This document shows positions 1 to 9,525 of a stretch of DNA of 32,191 nucleotides, piece by piece. Location: NCBI GenBank assembly GCA_038242375.1, contig JBBSSE010000001.1:1-32191 (forward strand), written 5' to 3'. Position numbers and translations under genes: made by a program. Position 1 is the stretch's first letter, and every line of letters begins with the position of its first letter. The notes under the pieces were generated by a model. That model made no database searches. It was given only the letters and a program-made list of their open reading frames with translations, and was not told where the DNA came from. The DNA is from Chitinophagales bacterium (GTDB lineage Bacteria > Bacteroidota > Bacteroidia > Chitinophagales > Chitinophagaceae).

Positions 1-705
1 GACATGATTTTGCTGGACGATGATTTTTCCACTATTGTTAAAGCAATAAAGGAAGGAAGAAGAATCTATGATAATATTCTTAAGTTTATCAAATACCTTA
101 TGACAACCAACTCCGGCGAACTTTTGCTTTTGTTGGCAGGTCCGGTGATCGGGTTACCCGTGGCGTTGCTGCCCATTCATATTTTATGGATCAATTTAGT
201 TACAGATGGCTTACCGGCTATTTCACTGTCATTTGAAAAAGCTGAAAAAAATATTATGCTAAGACCTCCGCGCCCGCCTGGTCAAAGCGTTTTTGCGAAT
301 GGCCGGGGATTTCATATAATTTGGGTAGGAATATTGATGGCAGGGATAGCATTGGCTCTTCAGGCCTGGGCTATAAAAAATAATCTTCATTGGCAAACGA
401 TTGTTTTTAATGTAGTATGCCTAAGCCAGATGGGAAATGCATTGGCGATTCGTTCAGAAACCCAATCATTATTCGGGATAGGAATATTTTCTAACAAGCC
501 TCTTATCGGCGCAGTTTTGTTAACGTTTATTCTTCAGTTGCTCATCACCTATACTCCTTTCCTCCAAACTATTTTTAAAACGCAGGCCTTGAGTGCCGGA
601 GAATTTATACTTGTTGGAATCGCATCTTCACTGGTATTTTTTGCAGTTGAAATTGAAAAGTGGATTTCTAATAAAAGACGGAAAAGTATTCAAAATCAAT
701 TGTAA
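1..705 (+). CDS. Cation-translocating P-type ATPase (Ca2+-ATPase/type IIA-like), C-terminal part; runs off the window start
   Basis: Hinge motif DMILLDDDFSTIVKAIKEGRRIYDNI, then TTNSGE, ILWINLVTDGLPA and RPPR, followed by the C-terminal TM helices. Confidence 0.95.
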   Translation, partial: DMILLDDDFSTIVKAIKEGRRIYDNILKFIKYLMTTNSGELLLLLAGPVIGLPVALLPIHILWINLVTDGLPAISLSFEKAEKNIMLRPPRPPGQSVFANGRGFHIIWVGILMAGIALALQAWAIKNNLHWQTIVFNVVCLSQMGNALAIRSETQSLFGIGIFSNKPLIGAVLLTFILQLLITYTPFLQTIFKTQALSAGEFILVGIASSLVFFAVEIEKWISNKRRKSIQNQL

Positions 706-794
706 ATAATTCACGGATAATGACGATATTTTGAGAGAATACCGGTTCATGTTTTAAATATAAATAATTCACTTCATCAGCAAGCGGCTATTGA

Positions 795-839
795 CTGACA
801 ATGATCATTTTTTATAATTCCTTGTCAATAGTATCTTTG
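795..839 (+). promoter_or_regulatory. Crp/Fnr-like palindrome plus Bacteroidota -7 element
   Basis: CTGAC-AATG-ATCAT at 795-808 and TATCTTTG (TAnnTTTG) at 832-839, 23-bp gap. Confidence 0.65.
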
Positions 840-1011
840 AATGTTCTGTAAAGGAAAATGTTTGTTTTATAGCCTTCTCCTCAAGAAAGAAGAGAATGCA
901 GGTCCTTTGTATAATGTAAATTAGAATAAAAATTATCTGTACCAATTTAAGTATATATCGTTTATGGAGACAGAATTTTTTATTGAAAATTAAGAAATAA
1001 TATTTGCGATT

Positions 1012-1503
1012 ATGATCATCATCGTTTTTGGATTGCCCGGTTCCGGTAAAAGTTATTTTGCTTCGAGACTTGCAAAGATGATCGGGGCGAAATATCTGAA
1101 CAGCGATAAATTGAGAAAGGAGCTCTTTACCGAAGTAGATTATTCTGAAAAGGAAAAGGGTATTGTCTATGAAAAAATGTTGGAGGAAATGAGGAATGTG
1201 CTTGCGCAAAATCAAAACCTTGTTATGGATGCTACTTTTCATAAAAAAGAAACGAGAAAATTATTTACGGATGAAATTAAGCGGAAAGAAAAAATAATCT
1301 TCATGGAAGTGCAGGCAGCTGAAGAGATCATCCGGGAAAGGGTTCAGAAGGAAAGGGCATACAGTGATGCTGATTTTGAGGTGTACAAACTAATCCGTGA
1401 AGAAAATGAATCGCTGGCAGAACCTCATTTGATCCTGCTATCAACGAACGGGAATATTCAGGAAATGCTTGAGAAAGCATCTCAATATTTAAAAGTACCA
1501 TGA
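1012..1503 (+). CDS. P-loop kinase (AAA_33-like)
   Basis: N-terminal Walker A GLPGSGKS, then SDKLRKEL, VMDATF and SDAD motifs. Confidence 0.88.
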   Translation: MIIIVFGLPGSGKSYFASRLAKMIGAKYLNSDKLRKELFTEVDYSEKEKGIVYEKMLEEMRNVLAQNQNLVMDATFHKKETRKLFTDEIKRKEKIIFMEVQAAEEIIRERVQKERAYSDADFEVYKLIREENESLAEPHLILLSTNGNIQEMLEKASQYLKVP

Positions 1504-2519
1504 CGAAAGATCAAATAAATAAACTCATTTCAGAAGGCGACTTTCCGGAGGAAACCGGAAAGCGGGAATTAATTGAAACCCATATTTCCTGGGTAATTCT
1601 CTGTGAAGCCTTTGTGTATAAAATCAAAAAGCCGGTTGACTATTCCTTCCTTGATTTTTCTACCCTTGAATTGCGTCATCATTATTGCGAAAGGGAAATT
1701 GTCTTAAACCGGCGGCTAACACGGAACGTGTACCTCGAAGTATTACCCATTCGCGAATCAGGTGACAAAATAAATATTGGCGGAGAGGCAGGATCAATTA
1801 TAGACTATGCGGTAAAAATGAATAAACTGGATGTAGCCAAACAGATGGATAATTTGTTGGCAAAAGATAAGGTGACACTTACAGATATCCGAAGCCTCGC
1901 AGAGAAAATTGTTGACTTCCATAAGAATACAGAAATTATTTATGAGATAGATCTGATGGATATCCGCGAAAAATTCAATGATCTTGATTCTGTAAAGGAA
2001 TATATTTCCGGCCAATCAGGCGATAAGTTTGGAACGATCATACAGGCTGTGATTAAATTTTCTGACCGGTTTTTAGATCAGAACAGGAAATTAATGGCAG
2101 ACCGCGTCAAAGCAGGACTTTTCCGGGATTGTCATGGGGATTTACATGCAAGAAATATTTTTCTCTTGCCGGAACCGGTACCATTTGACTGTATTGAATT
2201 TAATGATGAACTGCGCCGGATAGATGTTTTGAATGAAGTGGCATTTCTTTGCATGGATCTGGATGCTTTTGATAGAAAGGATTTATCCGACGCCATTCTC
2301 GAAAATTACATCGAATTTTTTCCGGCCATGAAGACTGCGGCAGATCGTACTCTCTTTGTTTATTATAAAATGTACCGCGCGAATATTCGTGCGAAAGTAA
2401 ATGGCCTTCGTGCTAAAAGTGCCACAAATGACGAAGAAAGATCGAAGGCAATAAAACTTGCTGAAAAATATCTTCTTCAGATGAAAGGATATATGGATGA
2501 AATGCCCGAAAACCAATAG
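1500..2519 (+). CDS. Aminoglycoside phosphotransferase/kinase-like protein
   Basis: Motifs ETHISWV, YKIKKPV, FLDFSTL, DCHGDLH..N and FDCIEFN; ATGA overlap with the upstream kinase gene. Confidence 0.9.
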   Translation: MTKDQINKLISEGDFPEETGKRELIETHISWVILCEAFVYKIKKPVDYSFLDFSTLELRHHYCEREIVLNRRLTRNVYLEVLPIRESGDKINIGGEAGSIIDYAVKMNKLDVAKQMDNLLAKDKVTLTDIRSLAEKIVDFHKNTEIIYEIDLMDIREKFNDLDSVKEYISGQSGDKFGTIIQAVIKFSDRFLDQNRKLMADRVKAGLFRDCHGDLHARNIFLLPEPVPFDCIEFNDELRRIDVLNEVAFLCMDLDAFDRKDLSDAILENYIEFFPAMKTAADRTLFVYYKMYRANIRAKVNGLRAKSATNDEERSKAIKLAEKYLLQMKGYMDEMPENQ

Positions 2520-2620
2520 ATATTTAATCTCGAATAAAATATTCATTTCGTAAATCATTATTTCATAATGATTATTCACGGACAATAAATAGTTCAGAAA
2601 AAATCACATCATACTTCTCA

Positions 2621-2664
2621 CTGATCATCATCATAGATATTTTTTATAAATCCTTGTAAATTGG
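2621..2664 (+). promoter_or_regulatory. Crp/Fnr-like palindrome plus -7 element variant
   Basis: CTGAT-CATC-ATCAT at 2621-2634 and TAAATTGG at 2657-2664, 22-bp gap. Confidence 0.55.
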
Positions 2665-2683
2665 GAGTATAAAAATAAACGCT

Positions 2684-2848
2684 ATGGAAGCATTCAATCA
2701 TAGAATTTACCCGTTGAAGGTTAATGAACAAATTGCCTGGTTGGCGACAATTGTTTTGATGCTGGCAGGAATACCATTTCTGAAAACTGCCATTGCATTT
2801 TTTGTAAGACTGTGTGAGCTGTTCATTCAATATGGTTTTGGAAGGTAA
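2684..2848 (+). CDS. Small hydrophobic protein, 54 aa (absent from the ORF track)
   Basis: ATG 2684 to TAA 2848 gives MEAFNHRIYPLKVNEQIAWLATIVLMLAGIPFLKTAIAFFVRLCELFIQYGFGR; A-rich leader and its own predicted promoter. Confidence 0.6.
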   Translation: MEAFNHRIYPLKVNEQIAWLATIVLMLAGIPFLKTAIAFFVRLCELFIQYGFGR

Positions 2849-2913
2849 ATCAATTCGTTAATGGCTTCGACCATTTCGATAAATGAAACCATTAATTCTT
2901 GTCATTTTTATCT

Positions 2914-2957
2914 ATGATGATTGTCATATTTTAAACTCTTTTTCCATATTAGCTTTG
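2914..2957 (+). promoter_or_regulatory. Crp/Fnr-like palindrome plus Bacteroidota -7 element
   Basis: ATGAT-GATT-GTCAT at 2914-2927 and TAGCTTTG at 2950-2957, 22-bp gap. Confidence 0.65.
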
Positions 2958-3180
2958 CAGCAGTTATAAAAAAAGTGAGAGATTTTCAGATCTTAATCTC
3001 AAATTGAAAAGGTCCACATCCGGAACAACCAACAACCGTAACACCCTGAAAAATGTTGCAAAGAACCACACCGGATGAATGTTTTATTGAGTGGTTTATT
3101 AAGAATGAGGCCTGAATAGCTCTCACCGTCGCACATGCCGGGAGGACTACGGGCCATTTAAAACAACAAAAAAGGTACAA

Positions 3181-4023
3181 ATGAAAAAGTATTTAGCAGT
3201 ATTTGATGTATTTAAAATGTCCGCCAGCACGCTGGATTATGCTATCCAGATTACGAAGTCCGCAGGTGGACACCTCGTGGGTATTTTTCTTGATGAATCT
3301 GTTTTTTACGGATTTAATCGTGCTGAGGAATCGAATCTAAATAAAGACCTTGAAAAAGCAATCGAACTATTAAATAAGGACGCAGCAAAAAAACGGGAAG
3401 AGGCTACCGGTTATTTTCAGGAAAGATGTGAGAAGGCAGGTGTCCCATTCTCCATTCAAAAAGAAGGAGCGATGACGTTGCGTGAATTGAAAAATGAAAG
3501 TATGTATGCAGATCTTATTGTCATCAATCAGCATGAAACTTTTACCAGTCTGAAGGAAAAGTCGCCTACTCATTTTATCAAGGATTTTTTGGGAGATGTA
3601 CAATGCCCTGTTTTGGTTGTGCCATCCTTATACAAACCTGTTGAAAATTTTGTTTTGCTGTATGATGATGCTCCTGCTGCATTATATGCTATAAAAATGT
3701 TTAGTTATGTAATAGGAAATCCACAAAATATTCCGGTAAAAGTGTTTACGGTAAAAGAAAAAAAGAAAACAGGTTTCTATATGCCGGACAACAAGAAAAT
3801 CCGGGAATTTACAAAAAGACATTTTCCAAAAGCCACCTTTGCAGTTGCAAGCGGAAATGCGGAACAGGAGATCACAAAATACCTTGGCAGCCTTCCTAAA
3901 AATCAACTCGTTGTTTTGGGTGCTTACCAACGAAGTGAAATTTCCCGTTGGTTTAAAGTCAGCATGGCAGATATTCTGATGAAAGAATTGGAGATTCCAT
4001 TATTTATTTCGCATAATAAGTAG
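3181..4023 (+). CDS. Universal stress protein (tandem USP)
   Basis: About 280 aa; ADLIVI, QCPVLVVP, LVVLGAY.RS and IPLFISH motifs. Confidence 0.85.
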   Translation: MKKYLAVFDVFKMSASTLDYAIQITKSAGGHLVGIFLDESVFYGFNRAEESNLNKDLEKAIELLNKDAAKKREEATGYFQERCEKAGVPFSIQKEGAMTLRELKNESMYADLIVINQHETFTSLKEKSPTHFIKDFLGDVQCPVLVVPSLYKPVENFVLLYDDAPAALYAIKMFSYVIGNPQNIPVKVFTVKEKKKTGFYMPDNKKIREFTKRHFPKATFAVASGNAEQEITKYLGSLPKNQLVVLGAYQRSEISRWFKVSMADILMKELEIPLFISHNK

Positions 4024-4090
4024 GTGGTGGGTGGTGGGTAGTAGGTAGTAGCTAAACAGCTAAAAGCTAATAGCTAATAGCTAACAGCTC
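4023..4090. repeat. Heptamer tandem repeats between convergent genes
   Basis: GGTGGTG x2, GGTAGTA x2, then five GCTAA(N)A units. Confidence 0.85.
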
Positions 4091-4091
4091 C

Positions 4092-4913
4092 TTATGGCAC
4101 AATAATCGTTCTCCGCTGCTTCACATAAGCATTGAAATATCCAAGAGCGCCACCACTTATATTACTCACCGGATTGCCGGGTGCTACACTTTCATTACCC
4201 CCGGTACTGTTTTGGCTAAGGCTTAGAAAAAACTTGTACACTGAAGGATCAATTCCCTGCATTTCTACTGTCAGCGTATCCCCTGTATCGAGGCGTTGAT
4301 TATCTGAATTATCAAAGAATGCGAGGAAAGTATTTACCAACCTGCCATCGGAATATTCATCATTCAATACGAATATATTTGAATTGGGGAGATCATTTTT
4401 ATATTGAATAAAGCGATAGGAATTTCCCAATCCCACCGGATCCTGAAAAATGACATTTGCAAATTTCCGCGTGTTGCCAAATCCGCTGAAGTCAGCGATG
4501 TACAAACTATCAATCGTAACTTTTTCCGGCACTTTTACGGTGGAAGTAAATTCCTCGCCGTTTACCTGTACAGTTAAAGTGTAACTATGTGTGGGCCTTG
4601 TGCGCAACTGACTGGATTCATAAATACCTCTCGAAGTTTGAATGAGTTTTATGGGTTCCTTCTGATCTTCCCGGATAAAAACAACGGCATTTTCCACTCC
4701 CGGAAATTCACTTAGATCACTAAAGTTTACAGTTTGTGTGATCTGTATCAGGCAATCCCCGGAAATATTGCTCATATTTCCTTCGATCACATATTTTGGA
4801 TTTGCTTTATTCAGATTAATGTCAATGACTTTTTCACAGGAAAGGCAAGCCATACTGATAAAGGTTGCACCAATTATCCCTAAAGTCTTTTCATATAATT
4901 TTCGTGTACGCAT
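4092..4913 (-). CDS. DUF4249-like lipoprotein
   Basis: Lipobox-like LSC followed by EKVIDINL, YVIEG, and C-terminal PVSNISGGALGYF; directly downstream of the TonB receptor. Confidence 0.85.
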   Translation of the reverse strand: MRTRKLYEKTLGIIGATFISMACLSCEKVIDINLNKANPKYVIEGNMSNISGDCLIQITQTVNFSDLSEFPGVENAVVFIREDQKEPIKLIQTSRGIYESSQLRTRPTHSYTLTVQVNGEEFTSTVKVPEKVTIDSLYIADFSGFGNTRKFANVIFQDPVGLGNSYRFIQYKNDLPNSNIFVLNDEYSDGRLVNTFLAFFDNSDNQRLDTGDTLTVEMQGIDPSVYKFFLSLSQNSTGGNESVAPGNPVSNISGGALGYFNAYVKQRRTIIVP

Positions 4914-4918
4914 AAACT

Positions 4919-7234
4919 TTAGAATTTGAAATTGTATGAAATAGAAGGGATAAATTTAAAAAGAGAGGTTTGTACAGCCTCTGTTTTGTTGGGATCTTCC
5001 TTATTATCCCGGAAGGAGATGGTGTAAGCATTTTCCCTTCCGTAAGCATTATACAGGCTAAAAGCAAGTTCGGAAGTGAACCGTCCTTTCGCTTTAAAAA
5101 CTTTGGTAGCGCCAATATCGAGCCTGTGGTAATCAGGGAAACGGTACCCGTTTCGCTTTGTGTAATAATAATATATCTGGCCGTCCACAATATATTTTCC
5201 TTCGGGAAAAGAAACCGCATCCCCGGTGTAAAATATCCAGTTAGCTGAAAGAGTCCAGTTCTTAGGAAGTTGGTAAGCTGTAACAATAGCTATATCATGC
5301 GTTCGGTCCTGGCGGGCGTTATACCACTCATTTTGATTTATTCCGATAATTTTCTTTTCCGTTTTACTTAGGGTATAACTTAACCAACCGGTTAGTTTGC
5401 CTGATTTCTTTTTTAATAGGAACTCGATGCCATAAGCTCTTCCTCTTCCATATAATAATTGACTTTCTATTGCATCCGGATTATTGATGTCGGCACCATC
5501 CCTGTAATCTATTTGATGCTGCATGTTCTTATAATACGTCTCTACTGTAAATTCATATTGCGTGCTAAAATTCTTATAATATCCAATAGAAAATTCATCC
5601 GCTAATTCCGGTTTTATATTATTTGTACTCGCTACCCATCTATCTGTAGGCCTTGCTGTGGTAGAGTTGGAGATCAGATGCAGGTTTTGCGAATTGCGTG
5701 CATAAGATGCTTTGAGGGAAGCTGTAGCGTTTAATAAAAATCTTATTGCAAAGCGGGGCTCATCATTTAAATAAGTTATGTAAGTTTGGCCCTTTTTTTT
5801 ACGGAGGGTGTCTGTGATCGTTCCTGCATCGTCAATGATGTAAAAGTCGCCCGGACCATAAATACTAAAAAAACTTTTGCGCAGGCCGTAGGTAAAACTG
5901 ACTCTTGGAGATGCTTTCCAGGTATCGGATATAAACAAGACAATGTCAGAGGAATATCGTTGTTGAAATTTAATGTCGTTAAAATTAGATGCTGCCGAAG
6001 AAGTGACATCTCCGGGATTGATAGTATGGTAAACTAAATTAAATCCTGTGCTAATGGAATGATTGCTGCCTGCATTCCATGATAACTCTTGTTTAAGGTT
6101 CCAATCCCGGATCCGGGAAAAGATGTTTAGATTGTTCGCTCCGAGGTTTACGTCAATTTCATAGTCATAATTGCTATAAATGAGGGAGGTGTTTGAGAAA
6201 ATGCGCTTGTTATAAATATGGTTCCAACGAAGCGTAGCTGTTGTGTTTCCCCAGCGCAAACCAAAATCACTTCCTGCATTTAAATGATCGCTACCAAAAT
6301 AGCCTGAGATAAACAATTGATCCTTCTGACCCAATTGGAAATTCATCTTGGCATTCAAATCATAAAACCCAAGTTTATTCCGATTGATGTTTGAATCATT
6401 CGAAAGTTTTAGAAATAAATCTACATAAGTTGTACGCCCGGAAACTAAAAAACTGGATTTTCCTTTCTGCACAGGTCCTTCGATATTTAATTTGCTGGAA
6501 ATGAGTCCAAGGCCACCACTTACGCTCAGGTGCTGATTGTTTCCGTCATTCATGCGGATATCTATCACACTGGACAAGCGGCCCCCATATCGTGCAGGCA
6601 TTCCGCCTTTATATACGGTGATGTCTTTTACCGCATCCGCATTAAATGTGGAGAAGAATCCGAGGAGATGCGATGCATTATAGACGACTGCCTCATCCAA
6701 TAAAATTAAATTCTGATCCGCCGCTCCACCGCGAACATAAATCCCACTGCTGCCTTCACTGGCCGACTTTATTCCCGGTAATAACTGGATGGCTTTTAAG
6801 GGATCTTTTTCTCCGAACAGTTGGGGTATAAATTTCATCTCAGCAGCAGATAATCTTTCCACGCCCATCTGTGTCCCCGTCACGGTGCGACCTAATACCG
6901 GCGCCGAAATCACCACTTCATCCAGTGTCCGGGATTGTGGTTCAAGGAAAATATCTTTCTGCATATTTTTAGTAAGCTTTAAGGGAACCTCAACTGTTTT
7001 CAACCCGGAATAACTGATGATCAATAGTTGATTTCCTTCCGGGATTCTAAGCGAATAAAAACCATATTCATTTGTCAGGATGGTCTCCGCCATATCTTTT
7101 ACTGTAATAGTGGCCCCGATAATACTTTCTCCCGTGGCTTTGTTCCGGATGGTACCGCTAACGGTAAAATTTTCCTGCGCAAAGAGCGGTTGGAAAGCTG
7201 AAAAGATAAAAAATACAAAAAGGATTTGCCGCAT
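4919..7234 (-). CDS. TonB-dependent outer-membrane receptor with N-terminal carboxypeptidase-regulatory-like domain
   Basis: Signal peptide; VSGTI..TGESIIGA; plug motifs QLLPGI, YVRGG..DQNLILLD, YKGG.PARYGGRLSSV; C-terminal YNFKF. Confidence 0.95.
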   Translation of the reverse strand: MRQILFVFFIFSAFQPLFAQENFTVSGTIRNKATGESIIGATITVKDMAETILTNEYGFYSLRIPEGNQLLIISYSGLKTVEVPLKLTKNMQKDIFLEPQSRTLDEVVISAPVLGRTVTGTQMGVERLSAAEMKFIPQLFGEKDPLKAIQLLPGIKSASEGSSGIYVRGGAADQNLILLDEAVVYNASHLLGFFSTFNADAVKDITVYKGGMPARYGGRLSSVIDIRMNDGNNQHLSVSGGLGLISSKLNIEGPVQKGKSSFLVSGRTTYVDLFLKLSNDSNINRNKLGFYDLNAKMNFQLGQKDQLFISGYFGSDHLNAGSDFGLRWGNTTATLRWNHIYNKRIFSNTSLIYSNYDYEIDVNLGANNLNIFSRIRDWNLKQELSWNAGSNHSISTGFNLVYHTINPGDVTSSAASNFNDIKFQQRYSSDIVLFISDTWKASPRVSFTYGLRKSFFSIYGPGDFYIIDDAGTITDTLRKKKGQTYITYLNDEPRFAIRFLLNATASLKASYARNSQNLHLISNSTTARPTDRWVASTNNIKPELADEFSIGYYKNFSTQYEFTVETYYKNMQHQIDYRDGADINNPDAIESQLLYGRGRAYGIEFLLKKKSGKLTGWLSYTLSKTEKKIIGINQNEWYNARQDRTHDIAIVTAYQLPKNWTLSANWIFYTGDAVSFPEGKYIVDGQIYYYYTKRNGYRFPDYHRLDIGATKVFKAKGRFTSELAFSLYNAYGRENAYTISFRDNKEDPNKTEAVQTSLFKFIPSISYNFKF

Positions 7235-7489
7235 ATAATTTTATTGTACGATGCGAAGCTAAAGTATAAATGGTTAGTTTTTAGTTTGCATTTTTTAGTT
7301 AATTACGTATTTCGTGTTTTGGCGGTTTTAAAATTTCCCTCAAGGCCTTCCGATTTTAGGCTTCCCGCCAATAGTTGTTTTTTATGCGTGTTTTCTGTTA
7401 TCCGGCATAAGCTGAAAAATCTGATGCAAAGATCTACCAGGTGAAATTAGTAACTGCAAATCGATTAAATTTGAAATAAAATTTACTAT

Positions 7490-7738
7490 ATGAAAGCAAA
7501 CGAATTTTTTACTGTCACTGGTGAAAACTTAATGGCTAAAATAAAAGAATTAATAGCCGAAGGAAATGTTCGCAGGATTACGATAACCGAGAAATCAGGA
7601 AAAGAGCTGATGAGTTTTCCATTGACCATTGGCGTGGTAGGTGCTGTATTTGCGCCTGTGATTGCAGCTCTTGGTGCGCTTGCTGCTGTAATAGGAGAGT
7701 GCACGATCGCGGTGGAGAGGGAGGGTGAGACTCCTTAA
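7490..7738 (+). CDS. DUF4342-like small protein
   Basis: KIKELIAEGNVRRI, PLTIG..GA..AP and CTI.VER pattern. Confidence 0.8.
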   Translation: MKANEFFTVTGENLMAKIKELIAEGNVRRITITEKSGKELMSFPLTIGVVGAVFAPVIAALGALAAVIGECTIAVEREGETP

Positions 7739-7771
7739 AAACATTCTTTCTTTCATTCTTTCTTGTGCCGG

Positions 7772-8266
7772 TATCGAAACAGCTTCCAGGCATTCGTTCC
7801 AACGGGGGTTTCGTGTTTCAGCGGGTTTTTCCGATTTTAGATAATTGAATTTAAAACCACTTTGCCGGAAACCCCGATGTGCAATCTTCCATAAGATTTA
7901 TGCATTTGCTTTGGGTACCGGTGGGATTGAAATATTCAAAACGTCTTCCAGGCATCGGGGTTTCCGTCGTACATCTTTTAACTCATGACTTAGTAATCGG
8001 AAAACCCCGCTGGGACATAATATCGAAACAGCTTCCAGGCATTCGTTCCAACGGGGGTTTCGTGTTTCAGCGGGGTTTTCCGATTTTAGATAATTGAATT
8101 TAAAACCACTTTGCCGGAAACCCCGATGTGCGATCTGCCATAAAATTTATGCATTTGCTTTGGGTACCGGTGGGATTGAAATATCGAAACGTATTCCAGG
8201 CATCGGGGGTTCCGTCGTACATCTTTTAACTCATGACTTAGTAATCAAAACCCCGCTGGGAAATAA
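7772..8266. repeat. Tandem duplication (249-bp period) of a REP/BIME-like nested-palindrome element
   Basis: Copies at 7772-8020 and 8021-8266. Outer IR CAGCGGGGTTTTCCGATT/AATCGGAAAACCCCGCTG and inner IR CGGAAACCCCGATG/CATCGGGGTTTCCG. Confidence 0.92.
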
Positions 8267-8543
8267 TAAAATTTGGTATGATAGACACAAAGTGAGGGAG
8301 CACGACATTAAAACAGGTAAAATAAAAATTATTGCACGAAAAGACTTTTCAATTTCCACCTCTAAAAATATTTTTGTAAAAGATATTTGGGAAGGTGCAA
8401 AAAAATCTGCGCTAAGAATAGAGAAGAAATATGGAAAAGAAAATCTTGGCCCTTGGACAAAATTTGAATGGGGAATGTTAAATGGAAAAGTTTCAGCTTT
8501 GCGATGGATGATGGGTGAAGACTGGGACGAACTATATACATAA
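8267..8543 (+). pseudogene. 3' remnant of a conserved protein (possibly PIN-like-domain family)
   Basis: C-terminus LGPWTKFEWGMLNGKVSALRWMMGEDWDELYT looks like a conserved protein tail (family recalled, unverified). The N-terminus of ORF 8094-8543 is only translated repeat. Confidence 0.6.
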
Positions 8544-8552
8544 AAGTGCAGC

Positions 8553-8749
8553 AGTCAATAAAAGGATTTCTGCAAGTGTTGAAAATTTTTTAAACTTCGG
8601 CTAATAGCATGACAGTACTGTAGTACGAGCTTGAAGAATATCTATTTGGCTTTTAGTTATTATCTTCATTTTTTCTAACATTCTTGTGCCTGCAGTTCTG
8701 GGTTGGACAACATAAAATCTCCCACTGCAGCAATAATAGAATGTTGGGC
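8553..8749 (+). repeat. attC-like long inverted-repeat site A
   Basis: Begins just after the stop at 8543. ATTTCTGCAAGTG (8566-8578) pairs with CACTGCAGCAAT (8723-8734) with one extra base and one mismatch. Ends in GTTGGGC (GTTRRRY) and is homologous to site B. Confidence 0.55.
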
Positions 8750-8956
8750 TATTATGATTAGCTAAAATCGTCATGATATTATAAATTTGGCAATGGTACC
8801 GGCTGATGGAATTCTATTTTCCGTCCTGCATAAATACCTACCATTACAGACGTGCGTACAAAGACCATAATCCCGTTTACTACCAAAACTTAACAACCCG
8901 GTTACAATATTTTTTATAGAAACTTTGATGCAGATGATAAATAATTTCACTCTCGC

Positions 8957-8983
8957 TGTGATATTTTTAAGAGTCATGCGAAT
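8957..8983 (+). promoter_or_regulatory. Possible ECF autoregulatory promoter
   Basis: TGTGA-N17-CGAAT shortly upstream of the ECF start codon; pattern inference only. Confidence 0.3.
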
Positions 8984-9010
8984 AATATAGAGAAGCAATA
9001 ATTAGAACAA

Positions 9011-9520
9011 ATGAGTTTAGTTGATAAATCGGATTTATTTCTTTCAGTTATTGAAATGCATAAAGGCATTGTGTATAAAGTAGCTAATTCATATTGCAAG
9101 GACACTGAAAATATAAAAGACCTTGTACAAGAAATCATTTTGCAATTATGGAAATCCTTTGATAACTATAACGAACAATTTAAGTACTCAACCTGGATTT
9201 ACAGGATTGCTTTGAATGTGGCCATTTCATATTATCGAAAAGAAAAAAGAAGAAAAGAAATTTCCAATCCATATTCAGAAGGGCTATTCAAACTGGCTGA
9301 TTTTCAGGAAAGCAGAGATATAGAAGGGAATACGTTGTTTCTACAACAATTTATAGCCGACTTAAAAGAATTAGACAAGGCAATAATGCTCCTTTATTTG
9401 GAAGAAAAGAGCCACAAAGAAATATCGGAAATTATGGGCATTACCGAAACCAATGTTGCAACAAAAATTGGAAGAATAAAAACAATTTTAAAACAAAAAT
9501 TTTCACAGGTAACAACGTAA
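9011..9520 (+). CDS. ECF-family RNA polymerase sigma-70 factor
   Basis: Region 2 DLVQEI..QLW and STWIYRIALN; region 4 SHKEISEIMGITETNVATKIGR. Confidence 0.95.
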   Translation: MSLVDKSDLFLSVIEMHKGIVYKVANSYCKDTENIKDLVQEIILQLWKSFDNYNEQFKYSTWIYRIALNVAISYYRKEKRRKEISNPYSEGLFKLADFQESRDIEGNTLFLQQFIADLKELDKAIMLLYLEEKSHKEISEIMGITETNVATKIGRIKTILKQKFSQVTT

Positions 9521-9525
9521 ATATT

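Noticed and set aside
805-1242. 145-aa minus-strand ORF and the many other antisense ORFs in the track
   Set aside because: They shadow well-supported genes on the opposite strand and have no recognisable motifs.
1500-2519. Aminoglycoside resistance gene
   Set aside because: The motifs fit the uncharacterised APH-like stress family paired with a P-loop kinase, not a known resistance APH.
709-2586. ATTCACGGAYAAT present at 709 and 2574
   Set aside because: Only two copies, at different distances from the boxes; could be chance in AT-rich DNA.
2618-2830. 70-aa minus-strand ORF
   Set aside because: The plus-strand 54-aa ORF has better start context and promoter support.
7879-8097. 72-aa ORF, and the N-termini of ORFs 8094-8543 and 10217-11065
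   Set aside because: They are translations of the repeat element.
7772-8266. Possible CRISPR array
   Set aside because: Units are about 249 bp with conserved rather than unique interiors, and no cas genes are present.
8771-8998. 75-aa minus-strand ORF
   Set aside because: No motifs, opposite to all neighbouring genes, and overlaps the ECF upstream region.
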